Notes under the pieces: model-generated
What the model was told of the DNA's origin: nothing
The model's input: only the letters and a program-made list of their open reading frames with translations
Databases searched by the model: none
Part shown: one piece after another, positions 1 to 9,100 of the stretch
Position numbering within the stretch: position 1 is the first letter of the stretch
Layout: each line of letters starts with the position of its first letter
Translations under genes and position numbers: made by a program
Source: an uncultured virus (IMG/VR IMGVR_UViG_3300020045_008339)
Taxonomy: Duplodnaviria; Heunggongvirae; Uroviricota; Caudoviricetes
Length of the DNA stretch: 64,000 bases
Virus record (IMG/VR): IMGVR_UViG_3300020045_008339
Strand: one strand, 5' to 3'

Positions 1-558
1 CAAACCTCTACACCGTACAAATCCCTTATAACTGCTGTTGGTCAGGATACAGTAAATGCGTTGGAGCAGTGCAAGTATGCACACCACAGGCTTGGTATAT
101 TTATAGACACGTTCAACCGTGACTTTGAACGTCAGGAAACCAAGCAAATGACACAGCAAGCCTTTATGAACAAGGAGATTGATTATGCACAGTACATGCT
201 TATCAATGCTATTGACAATCCTAAAAAAGCTGGTATGATGCTAGCTTATGAAAAACGTAGGCAGGAAAAGATTAAGCTGAAAGAAGCACAAGCCATACAG
301 CAGGGGCAGATGGAACAAATTGCAGCTAAGAAGCAGTCCGAGATGGAAACTATCAACTTGAAAGGTCAGCTTGCCAATGAAGGTGAGAACATCAAGGGTG
401 AATGGTTGTGGAAAGCAGCGGATACTACAGGCAAGTACAGTGTGCAGCGTAAGCAAATGGAAATTGATAATACCACTTCTAAAATTGAGGATAAATCAGA
501 TGCCGATATTAGGAAAGAAGAAACCAAGTCACATTTGAAAAATCAGGAGGCTTTGTAA
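1..558 (+). CDS. C-terminal ~180 aa of the portal protein, inverted relative to its N-terminal part
   Basis: Frame is open from base 1 (QTSTPYKSLITAVGQDTVNALEQCKY...) with a Q/E/K-rich coiled tail. It joins in frame to 647..2473(-) at KTSIPY/QTSTPY if 19..658 is flipped. Confidence 0.7.
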   Translation, partial: QTSTPYKSLITAVGQDTVNALEQCKYAHHRLGIFIDTFNRDFERQETKQMTQQAFMNKEIDYAQYMLINAIDNPKKAGMMLAYEKRRQEKIKLKEAQAIQQGQMEQIAAKKQSEMETINLKGQLANEGENIKGEWLWKAADTTGKYSVQRKQMEIDNTTSKIEDKSDADIRKEETKSHLKNQEAL

Positions 559-675
559 GCTGCCAACATAGGGAATATAACATGTCTTTCATACCATCTA
601 GTTGGGGTAACACCTTCGTTATCTGCTAAAGCATTTATTGCTTCTATTAGGTGTTCTGGTACGGTATAGAAGTTT
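2..675. repeat. 17-bp imperfect inverted repeat pair (2-18 and 659-675) bounding an inverted segment
   Basis: AAACCTCTACACCGTAC versus the reverse complement of 659-675, AAACTTCTATACCGTAC: 15/17 identical. Confidence 0.85.
543..659 (-). pseudogene. 3' fragment of a small ribbon-helix-helix-like gene
   Basis: Reads PEHLIEAINALADNEGVTPTRWYERHVIFPMLAAYKAS*, with no start of its own. Flipping the segment joins it to NLYTV at the window start. Its stop overlaps the portal 3' end convergently. Confidence 0.5.
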
Positions 676-2473
676 TGTACTTGATTATATCCTGTATCAT
701 CAAAAGGGTTTGAGCCCCCATGTGCTGCAACATGTTCATCAACATTGTTGAGATATATTCAGTTGCATTCCTTGATTGTTGCAGAGCAGCCATTTGCAAC
801 TTAAAACCATCATTTGGTGAAGGGGAATAAGCCTCCCTTATAGAATTTATTCCAAAGTCGGCTGCAAGGTGTTCGTTACAGTAAACAATCACATCCAAGA
901 AATCTTTAGCGGAAGTATCCAGACCGTTTTTCTTATCAAAGTAAGGATTTCCACCACCACCTATTTTTTCACCGCCAATTGTAGGTATAACATATATATC
1001 GTTAATACCCTCTTCAAATTTTTCAAGCAATGCATTTATCTTGCTGGAACTTGTGCCTTCCTTTACCATGTTAATGGCAATCTGCACAAGACTTTCGTAG
1101 TTGTAGGTACGTCCTGCAGGTTTTGCCTTACGAACCATCCACTCAAACTTTGTCCATGCTTGCTGTATCATTTCAACATACGGTTTAAGTATCGTAACCG
1201 CAGTTGGTCCCACTTCCTTGTAGGCACAAATACTGTAGCAAGAATATTCATCTTCCCCACCTTCAACTGTTTGGTGGAATAGTTTACCATATTTAAACAA
1301 ACGCTGTGTGTTTGTTGATGTTGGGATGAAGTAAGCCTTGTACGTTACTTCATTATAGTAGGATTCTTTTTGGTAATGTTCAGACTCAATTTCCTTTTCA
1401 GGATTTTTCATCTTCAGCATTTTACTGTTGCCATGAACAGACTTGCCAGACTTGTAGGAGGTAGCATCGTTTGTTTTGAACTCAATATATCCGAGTGTCA
1501 ATTTGAACTGTAGGAAATCATGCCAAGTACATGTTCTCCTGCCAGCAAAATCCGTTGCCCCTTCTTTCCTCCATAAAAAATTCCCTCCAAAGTCAGTAAG
1601 GCCAGTGTACTGCCTTGAATGGTACTGGTTAATGGAAGTCATTAATGTTTGCCAGTCACTATTGGGGTCGAACTCATTTCCTAAATGCTGGATAAGCCTA
1701 CTTACACTAACACTTTTTTCATAACCTATAGCCGGGGCATCCTGAAAATCTTTTTCCTCACCAACAATTATTTTTACAAGTTCAGGTGCTATGTACTTCA
1801 TTTCAATCTTGCCGCTAACCTGGTTTACAAAGCATTGGCCAGATATAGCCTTCTTTGCTAAGATGTCATTGCAATACTGTGGTATTTTTTGTTTCAGTTT
1901 ATTTGCAGCCACGAAATGGGCCAATGGTATCTCGCCTTTAATTTCTTGCAGTAGCCTCCAATGGGTTGCAAAGAAATAATTCAAATCTTCATCCTCTTCA
2001 CTATCCAAGCCTATTTCGTCAAAACTGTCAACGTTCCCATTGAACAGTGTCTTTGGTATCTTGTAAGGGGCATCGCCAACCTTCGCATTCAATGTACTAA
2101 CGGTAGCTTCAATAGCTTTCCTATTGGCCAACAAATCCCTGTCCTTTTTTCTTGATTTTTCAACAACTGATGGGTCTATAGAATTAAGACCTATGAATAT
2201 TCCCGACTTGTCACGTTCTGCAATAAGTATATTCCTGTACTTCTCAACAACCGATATGCGGCCAAATGATAATTTAGTTTTCTTCCAGTCCTTGAACATA
2301 CCCTTAACCTTATCCATTGGTTGGGTACTAAGAAGATACTCCATGTTTTCTTTTGCATCTTTCTCATCAACCAACGGTTGCCACTTCTGGCGAAATTCCA
2401 TAATCATCCTGTTTGCCCACTCGACATTCTTCTTTTCTGGATTAAGTTCAAAGTATTCCTTTATAGTAAACAT
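647..2473 (-). CDS. Portal protein, crAss-like, N-terminal ~605 aa, truncated at the inversion breakpoint
   Basis: Size, phage context and portal-like segments (EVTYKAYFIP..., GINSIREAYSP...GFKLQMAALQQSRNATEYI). Ends three codons after the repeat. Confidence 0.7.
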   Translation of the reverse strand: MFTIKEYFELNPEKKNVEWANRMIMEFRQKWQPLVDEKDAKENMEYLLSTQPMDKVKGMFKDWKKTKLSFGRISVVEKYRNILIAERDKSGIFIGLNSIDPSVVEKSRKKDRDLLANRKAIEATVSTLNAKVGDAPYKIPKTLFNGNVDSFDEIGLDSEEDEDLNYFFATHWRLLQEIKGEIPLAHFVAANKLKQKIPQYCNDILAKKAISGQCFVNQVSGKIEMKYIAPELVKIIVGEEKDFQDAPAIGYEKSVSVSRLIQHLGNEFDPNSDWQTLMTSINQYHSRQYTGLTDFGGNFLWRKEGATDFAGRRTCTWHDFLQFKLTLGYIEFKTNDATSYKSGKSVHGNSKMLKMKNPEKEIESEHYQKESYYNEVTYKAYFIPTSTNTQRLFKYGKLFHQTVEGGEDEYSCYSICAYKEVGPTAVTILKPYVEMIQQAWTKFEWMVRKAKPAGRTYNYESLVQIAINMVKEGTSSSKINALLEKFEEGINDIYVIPTIGGEKIGGGGNPYFDKKNGLDTSAKDFLDVIVYCNEHLAADFGINSIREAYSPSPNDGFKLQMAALQQSRNATEYISTMLMNMLQHMGAQTLLMIQDIIKYKTSIPYQNT

Positions 2474-2542
2474 TATGGAAGTGGTTTAAAAATGGAGGGC
2501 CGCATACCATTACACATAGCCCTCCGGGAGGTATGAGCAAAA

Positions 2543-3118
2543 CTACTTGATTAAATCGTCAAATTCTTGGACAATATCTGCGTATGCTTCACAAAGTTCA
2601 TCAAACTTTGCATCATACTTTTTCATATCCTCTGCGTTGTCTATGAAGCAAACCTCCAACAAACAAACAATGCCTTCTTCACGCATCAAACCAAGCCTTC
2701 CACGGTGACTATCCGCTTCGGTCATAACACCATCACCGTCGCCACCATCCCTTAACGGGATACCAAGTATTGTACTGGTCGCCAATGCAAGCCTCTTACC
2801 AAAGGCAACGCTGTTGGCAGAAGGGGTTGCCTTAACCAAGGCTGTAGTACCAGAAGCCTTGCCATTGTATGCATCAAAGTGGAACTCCAATACCGTAGAA
2901 GCATTGCCGGGCTTAATCCTGTTAAGATACTGCACAAGGCTTTCGTTATTGGCATCTTTGATAATATCAGTAAAGCCACGGGATATAAGTTTGTTGATTA
3001 CCCCATCCCTTAACCTTACTGTTTCACTGGCTTCCAACCTACCATTGACACCTTCCGCTCCACTGTCATAAGTAGGTCCTTTTTCTTTGCAATGTCCTGC
3101 TGAAATGTACTTGCTCAT
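2543..3118 (-). CDS. Endolysin, N-acetylmuramoyl-L-alanine amidase (Amidase_3)
   Basis: ISAGH...E, LEFHFDA and LLEVCFIDN zinc-binding/catalytic motifs. Confidence 0.9.
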   Translation of the reverse strand: MSKYISAGHCKEKGPTYDSGAEGVNGRLEASETVRLRDGVINKLISRGFTDIIKDANNESLVQYLNRIKPGNASTVLEFHFDAYNGKASGTTALVKATPSANSVAFGKRLALATSTILGIPLRDGGDGDGVMTEADSHRGRLGLMREEGIVCLLEVCFIDNAEDMKKYDAKFDELCEAYADIVQEFDDLIK

Positions 3119-3139
3119 AAAATTATTATTGGTTAAAAT

Positions 3140-3433
3140 TTAATCTGTAGTAGTTTCCTTTTTCTTTTCCGTACTACCGTCTGCATCAACAGTAGTAATC
3201 TCCTTATCCTTTGTAAACCTTCTTATACCAAGCAAACCAGCACCCAGAGCAGCAAAGGCAATAGAAGCGTTTATCCCTTCCGAATATTTCACAACAACAG
3301 AATACAATAAACACAAACAAGAACACAATACCATCACCACGCCGCAGAAAATACCGCCGCTTGATTTGCCATTGTTGTCATTAAACATTTCCTTGAACGA
3401 AAACTTTGTGAAATCCAGTTTAGTTGGTTGCAT
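3140..3433 (-). CDS. Holin-like two-TM protein
   Basis: Two hydrophobic helices and a charged C-terminal tail; adjacent to the endolysin. Confidence 0.55.
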   Translation of the reverse strand: MQPTKLDFTKFSFKEMFNDNNGKSSGGIFCGVVMVLCSCLCLLYSVVVKYSEGINASIAFAALGAGLLGIRRFTKDKEITTVDADGSTEKKKETTTD

Positions 3434-3438
3434 GAGTT

Positions 3439-3873
3439 TTATCTTTTAAGGAGTAAAGCGGCAACTGTTAGTGCTATACCGAAACCACCAGTAACCCAGG
3501 TTTTTGTTTTTTGATTTTTAAGGTCACGCTCCAAACTATTAGCTAAATCAGCTTTAAGCTGTATGATAACATGGTTTGCAGAATCAGTTTTGTCATAACT
3601 CTTTACAACCTGTTTATAAAGACCTTCATTTTTTTCAAAAGCAGACACGTCTTTTTTTAGCAGCTTATTCAATGTTTCCAAGCTGTCCACTCTTTTCCTC
3701 AATTCAAAGTTTTCAGCTAACGCAATCTTCCCTTTTTCAATATCCTTGATACCTTGAATAATCTGGTTGTTTGGCAACTTGGTACTATCGGAAGGTTTCG
3801 GAACCGTAGTTCCTTGAGTAAAACCTGATAATGCTGTCAGTAGTAAAAGAATTGTAACGGTTAAGATTTTCAT
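3439..3873 (-). CDS. Spanin-like protein (signal peptide, coiled coil, C-terminal TM)
   Basis: N-terminal signal, heptad region, hydrophobic C-terminus; lies in the lysis cassette. Confidence 0.4.
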   Translation of the reverse strand: MKILTVTILLLLTALSGFTQGTTVPKPSDSTKLPNNQIIQGIKDIEKGKIALAENFELRKRVDSLETLNKLLKKDVSAFEKNEGLYKQVVKSYDKTDSANHVIIQLKADLANSLERDLKNQKTKTWVTGGFGIALTVAALLLKR

Positions 3874-4174
3874 ATTTAGAACGTATTTGTTTTAATATTA
3901 AAGATTGATTGTCTAAAAAATCATCCAGACGTTTTTCAATCGGCTTGTTGTTGCTAATAATAGCATTGTTACTGGCTATAGCTTGCTGCAACGCATCCCT
4001 TTCCCTCACAAGTGCTTTTTTTTCTGCTTCCAATGCTTCTATTTGTGCCTTGATAGCTTTTGGTGTTTCATACTTATTAGGCCACAACACAACCATTACA
4101 ATAATTGCGGCAATTAGCCCAAGCAAAATGTAGTGAACGTTTTTTTTGTAAAAGTCAATAAGTTTCTTTCGCAT
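3785..4174 (-). CDS. i-spanin-like protein
   Basis: N-terminal TM followed by a coiled coil; overlaps the next gene. Confidence 0.45.
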   Translation of the reverse strand: MRKKLIDFYKKNVHYILLGLIAAIIVMVVLWPNKYETPKAIKAQIEALEAEKKALVRERDALQQAIASNNAIISNNKPIEKRLDDFLDNQSLILKQIRSKYENLNRYNSFTTDSIIRFYSRNYGSETFR

Positions 4175-4460
4175 TGTACTTGTTTTTTTTAGGAAGGTAA
4201 ATCATTACATGCCACATAATCCATCCAACGACAACCATTATACTGAACACATGCATAAGTTCAAATATGTACCTATGCGGCGTATCAAATGCCAGCAAGA
4301 ATGATGTAAGAACCCTTGTGCTTAATGCTGTTTTCACAATCGAACCGCAAAGGCTTCCATATATTTCATGAAAGTTGCGTACACTTGCCCTAAACAGGTA
4401 TATAACAAGAAACATCGTAATGAAACCTTCAATAAGGTGAAAGAAATTAACCAAAGTCAT
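4155..4460 (-). CDS. Multi-TM membrane protein (holin/antiholin-like)
   Basis: About three hydrophobic segments; lysis operon. Confidence 0.4.
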   Translation of the reverse strand: MTLVNFFHLIEGFITMFLVIYLFRASVRNFHEIYGSLCGSIVKTALSTRVLTSFLLAFDTPHRYIFELMHVFSIMVVVGWIMWHVMIYLPKKNKYNAKETY

Positions 4461-4816
4461 AAGTCCTCCTCTTTATTTTTAGCATCTTCAATTATTTTGC
4501 CACTTCTAGCGTTGAAGTAATCCTTGAATTTCTGCATCAACACCATACCCAAAAAAGCACCACAAAAAGCAGCTAACCAGTTTACATATTCTGGCGTACT
4601 ATCCTTGAACAATTTTAAGGCAAATGGTGTCATGTATCCTATACTTGCATTTGTCAATACAAAAAAAAATCCTTTCATTACGCTTTCCTGCTCTTTTTTT
4701 TCGTTCCGCAATGCAATCAATGCACCGAAGATGGCAAAAGCAATCCACTCCCTGTTAAAGGCTCGGATTGGAACTATTTCAAGAAAAACAAAAAGCAAAC
4801 AAATCAATTTACTCAT
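4457..4816 (-). CDS. Holin-like membrane protein
   Basis: Three to four TM segments and a charged C-terminus. Confidence 0.45.
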   Translation of the reverse strand: MSKLICLLFVFLEIVPIRAFNREWIAFAIFGALIALRNEKKEQESVMKGFFFVLTNASIGYMTPFALKLFKDSTPEYVNWLAAFCGAFLGMVLMQKFKDYFNARSGKIIEDAKNKEEDL

Positions 4817-4844
4817 AGGGCATGGGTCTTAAAAAGGTTAATTA

Positions 4845-5156
4845 CTATTCTTCCTCTACCACCGTTGTATTGCAGCAAGGTTGGCATTTATCAGCAAGAC
4901 TTTGCCTTGTTTCGCCAATATACATAAGTCCCTTGTCTGGGTCTGTAACCTTTATTACAGCCATCTTTGTAACTGGATGCTCTGGCCTTACCACATCACC
5001 TGCCTTCACATCTGAAACCGTTCCCTGTGTGTAATCCTCCGTAGCCAGGTACACCGTACCAAGAACTGCAGAACCACAATTTACCAACCCTGTACAGCCA
5101 CTTGGGAAGAACCTTCCGTTGGCATCTTTATAAACTAATACGCTTGCTTGGTTCAT
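4845..5156 (-). CDS. Hypothetical Cys-containing protein
   Basis: First gene after a minus-strand TAATTTTG box at 5171-5178. Confidence 0.5.
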   Translation of the reverse strand: MNQASVLVYKDANGRFFPSGCTGLVNCGSAVLGTVYLATEDYTQGTVSDVKAGDVVRPEHPVTKMAVIKVTDPDKGLMYIGETRQSLADKCQPCCNTTVVEEE

Positions 5157-5245
5157 AAAATGATTTTTACCAAAATTATATTTTTAAATAACCCTTACTT
5201 TCGTTCTGCAAAAAAGGATTTTAATTTTAAAACTATTTTTTACTT

Positions 5246-6031
5246 ATGAGGCCAAACAGACAGTTTTTTTTAGTAGAGATTGACTTGAAAAAACAAAAAA
5301 AGAAAATGGAAAGCATAGAAGGGACTAGCCTAGTTGCTCCAACTGGTTACGAGTACATGAAGTATTACCTTCAAGCTGCACCTATTATAGCTATTGGTGA
5401 GGATGCTGCCAAATGGTTCCCAGAAGCTAAGGTTGGTGATATTCTTATCTTCCACCACACGGTTGAGGATGATGATTGGAGGCTGGTACATTTTGATGTT
5501 GAGAAGGAAATAGAGTGGAGGGTTGTGGAAGGAGAAGAGAACTCTGTTTTTGGCATACAGAAACTAATAGAAGGAATACCCATAATTCCAAGCAAGCCGT
5601 ACTTGTGGTGTAAAACTATTCCCCTAGTAACAGATGATGGATGGAAAAAAATTGCTGGTGTTTATTTGCCAGAAGAATCCTTGAGGTCAGAAGATGCAAT
5701 GAGATTGAGAATTGAGGATATAGAGCATCAGATTGAGTTTGTGTCTGGTGGGCAAAATGCAGGTCAGATTATTACTGAACTGAAAAAAGAGCAAGCTGTT
5801 TTAACACACTTGTTAAACAGGAAATACTTGCACGAACTTGAACTGGTGAACATACACCAAGAAACATCAAAGAGAATGGATGGTGTTGAAAAAGGCGACC
5901 ATGTGTTTGTTGAAGGATGGATAAACTTTAAAGGATACCCTTTATCTGTTGATGGGCAAGAATATTTACTGTGCCGAAAACAGTTTGTTGCAATGGCACT
6001 CAAGAAGAAGTTTTTAAATAAAGTTGCATAA
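5246..6031 (+). CDS. Co-chaperonin GroES-like protein, probably two tandem domains
   Basis: MRPNRQFFLVE...IIAIG...KVGDILIF and IPSKPYLW...GVYLP...EKGDHVFV...DGQEYLL each resemble Cpn10. Confidence 0.6.
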   Translation: MRPNRQFFLVEIDLKKQKKKMESIEGTSLVAPTGYEYMKYYLQAAPIIAIGEDAAKWFPEAKVGDILIFHHTVEDDDWRLVHFDVEKEIEWRVVEGEENSVFGIQKLIEGIPIIPSKPYLWCKTIPLVTDDGWKKIAGVYLPEESLRSEDAMRLRIEDIEHQIEFVSGGQNAGQIITELKKEQAVLTHLLNRKYLHELELVNIHQETSKRMDGVEKGDHVFVEGWINFKGYPLSVDGQEYLLCRKQFVAMALKKKFLNKVA

Positions 6032-6034
6032 TAG

Positions 6035-6063
6035 AAAAAGGGTAATTAAAATTACCCTTTTTT
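6035..6063. terminator. Bidirectional intrinsic terminator
   Basis: AAAAAGGGTAAT-TAAA-ATTACCCTTTTTT between convergent units. Confidence 0.75.
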
Positions 6064-6100
6064 GTTGTTTGAACGGACACTCACCTTTTATAGTAGGTTG

Positions 6101-6172
6101 TTGCGAGGAATGGATTCGAACCATCGACCTTCGGGTTATGAGCCCAACGAGCTACCTCTGCTCTACCTCACG
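6101..6172 (-). tRNA. tRNA-fMet (CAT)
   Basis: Cloverleaf with C1:A72 mismatch, GGG/CCC anticodon stem and CTCATAA loop. No encoded CCA. TATATTTG box at 6176-6183(-). Confidence 0.9.
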
Positions 6173-6184
6173 GAGCAAATATAA

Positions 6185-9100
6185 TTAAGGTTGCGATACA
6201 TCGGAACTTTTTTCGCTGGCAAGCATGAAAATTATTGCAGCAGTATATTCAAAGTATTTACCATCGTCCTCTTTGATAGTGGTTAAACCAACTTTCAACC
6301 ACCTGCCGTATAGAAGGTCACCATCTGTAATTTTATTTACTGATGTTTCCTTTGGAATATTTGGGTTATAGAAAGTGTTTATATCACAAAGAAATGCACC
6401 TGCCCAAAAAGTTTCCCTCTTTTCCCACCACTTCGTCAATATCCTGCTTTTCTGTTTAGCCTCTGTAACCACATCGTAGGCTATAAACTGAACCTGTGGG
6501 CAATACACCTCTGCACACTGGAATTTCTTAACCTTGGTGTTCTCCCTGTTCGCCACAGCCCATATACGGGGCTTGCACTGGATGCCAAAGAAATTGTTGT
6601 ACGGTCTGCTAGTGTTGTAGTGCTTGTAAGCCTTTCCCTGCATTATGCCAATCAATTGCTGGTCTGCCCTGTCACCTTCTATTATTGCGTAGTATTCTGG
6701 GATGAACGAATAGTGAGCCCTCATTATACCTGTATAAATATCCACCGCTACAGTTTCATTCCTGTTTGCATCTTCATACGGATGGTCATTTACAAAATCG
6801 GTTAATTTGTAAGCATCCTTTATATTGTGCGTTGTTAATAGGTACTCTTTCCTATTAGGGTCAATTATAGAAACAAAGTACCTGCTAGGGTCGTTTATAA
6901 CAGTCCTTATCTTTAATGACAACCAAGCCGTAAACCCGTTTTCACTAACATCTTTTGCCTCTGAAAAGTTGTGCATCAATAAGGCTGATTTTGTCCTGTC
7001 AAGGAAATAAACTAGGCCATCATATTTCTGTATGGTGTTTATATCCTTCAACTGGCAACCGTAGTTGCTTCCTATCTTCCTTTCTGGCCTACCAAACTTG
7101 TTATCAGCAGAAGGTGCAACAATCCTTCCACCTTGTCCTACCCTAACCTGGTCGTCTTGATAGCCAACAACAAAATTATCCTGCTCACATAAACACATTA
7201 AGTAATTAAGTTCAGGAAGAACTACCACTATACCGCCAAATTCATTTTCGTCAAACTCTTTCATATCCTCTTCAACAAAGTAGTGAAGCCCATTTATCAA
7301 TCCGTCATTTGCCAATGCTTTGCTAATAGCTATTTGCGTAGGTAAGCACTGTTGGTTCTCAAAAGGATTGGTAACATTCACACGTCCCCTTGTGTGGCAA
7401 TGGTCGCCCCATTTATCGGAAGGGCTATGGTGTTCAAAAAGAAATGGATACGTTTTAAGTTCATTCACGTTTTCATCGGTGGTTATTTCTGTGCCATACT
7501 GGTCCTTGCTTTTTTTCTTTGCAATAGGAACTGGTATCTGCCTGTTCATTAAGTAGCTATCAAAGAAATTGAACGTGCCAGAATATACGTCAGGCCTACC
7601 GTTTTTATTGATTGCAATGCTTGGGCAAAGTTCATAATAGAACTGCTTTGTTTCGGACTGTCTTGGACGTATCAGCTTAATCAATGCACCATCCAATAAA
7701 CCTTTTAAATCATCGCTGTATTCAACGGATATGTATTTGCCAAACTTGTCGTACTGCACAAGTGTAGTGGTTCGGCTACTGAACAGTTTGCCATCCCCAT
7801 TGGCAAGGAACTCTATCTGGTCGCCAATAACAGGTGCTTCATCCTGCAATATGAACTGCCATGATGTTGTCGTTGAGAAAGCATTCTGTTTATTGAACTC
7901 TCCAAGGCTCTCATAGTAAAGCCTTATCTGTGTTGGTGCTTCCTTATTTTCTTGGCCAGTATTATCAACAAACTGGACACGCTCCGCAACCCATGTAAGG
8001 AAATCTTCCTGATTCAGGTTGTCAGTTATTCCAAACGAGATACGCTTAACCCATTTAGGAAAAACTATATCATTAGCAAGAGCCCAGGTTATCAGGGAAT
8101 AGTCAAAAACCTGCGTTTCCTGCAAGGTTGGTATGTTCACTACATCCTTATCGGTTCTCTGAATGAAACCATGCCTACCTAACCAATCATGCCCCCATAT
8201 TCCCATACTGTACCTACCACCCATTTGTGGGCCACGTTTGTTAAGACCCTTTATTCTAACAGTAAGTTCAGCTATGGTAACAATCCTTTCAGCACCAGTA
8301 TAAACAGGCAATACAGCATTGGGCTGCAAGAAAGAATAAGTACATACCGTAGTATTGCAATCAATCAATTGGCAAATACCACGCTGCCCATAGATAACCT
8401 TTTCGGTTCTGCCTGTACCATCGTATTTGTCATGTGCTATAATGGTGAAATTACCGTTATTGTCTGCTGTAGCTGTCGCTCCATTGGTAAGGATAACCAA
8501 TGCTCCTGCAATGCCAACATTAGCATTTCCACAAAGTGAAATCCTTCCCTTGACCAATATACGGTCGTTGTTATTGTAGTTGTCTGTACCAGTATAAGCG
8601 TACAGCTTATCTTCTACAAAATGGCTTGCACCACCACTACTATCACTTGTTAAACTACCCAATGCAAGCTGGGCATAAGCACCAGCCTTCCTGCCGAACA
8701 ACCTTGCCCTTAATCCTTCTTTGAGTGTTGAAATAAAGTAGAACCCGTTATGGTCTGTTGTGATACTCTCTGCTCCATTACCTGTATTCCTCTCTGCAAA
8801 TGCTTTTTCTATTGGACGCTTCTCTACTTGATCCTCGTACATATATCCAGTTACCACAGAAGTCCAACCGCCTCTTAATGTACCAGCATTATAGCATAGG
8901 TCATATATCATAAAAGGATTGTCTTTTATTTCAACATCACCTGCCGAACAGTCAATAACAACCTCCTTACTGTCGCTGAAAATTGAACCTACGTTTGTAA
9001 GTACGGTTCTACCTGCTGTGTTGGTACTTGTCTTCTGGTAATCACTCGTAAGTAATGCACGGTGACTTCCTATCCTGAAAACATATGTACCGGGAATAAC

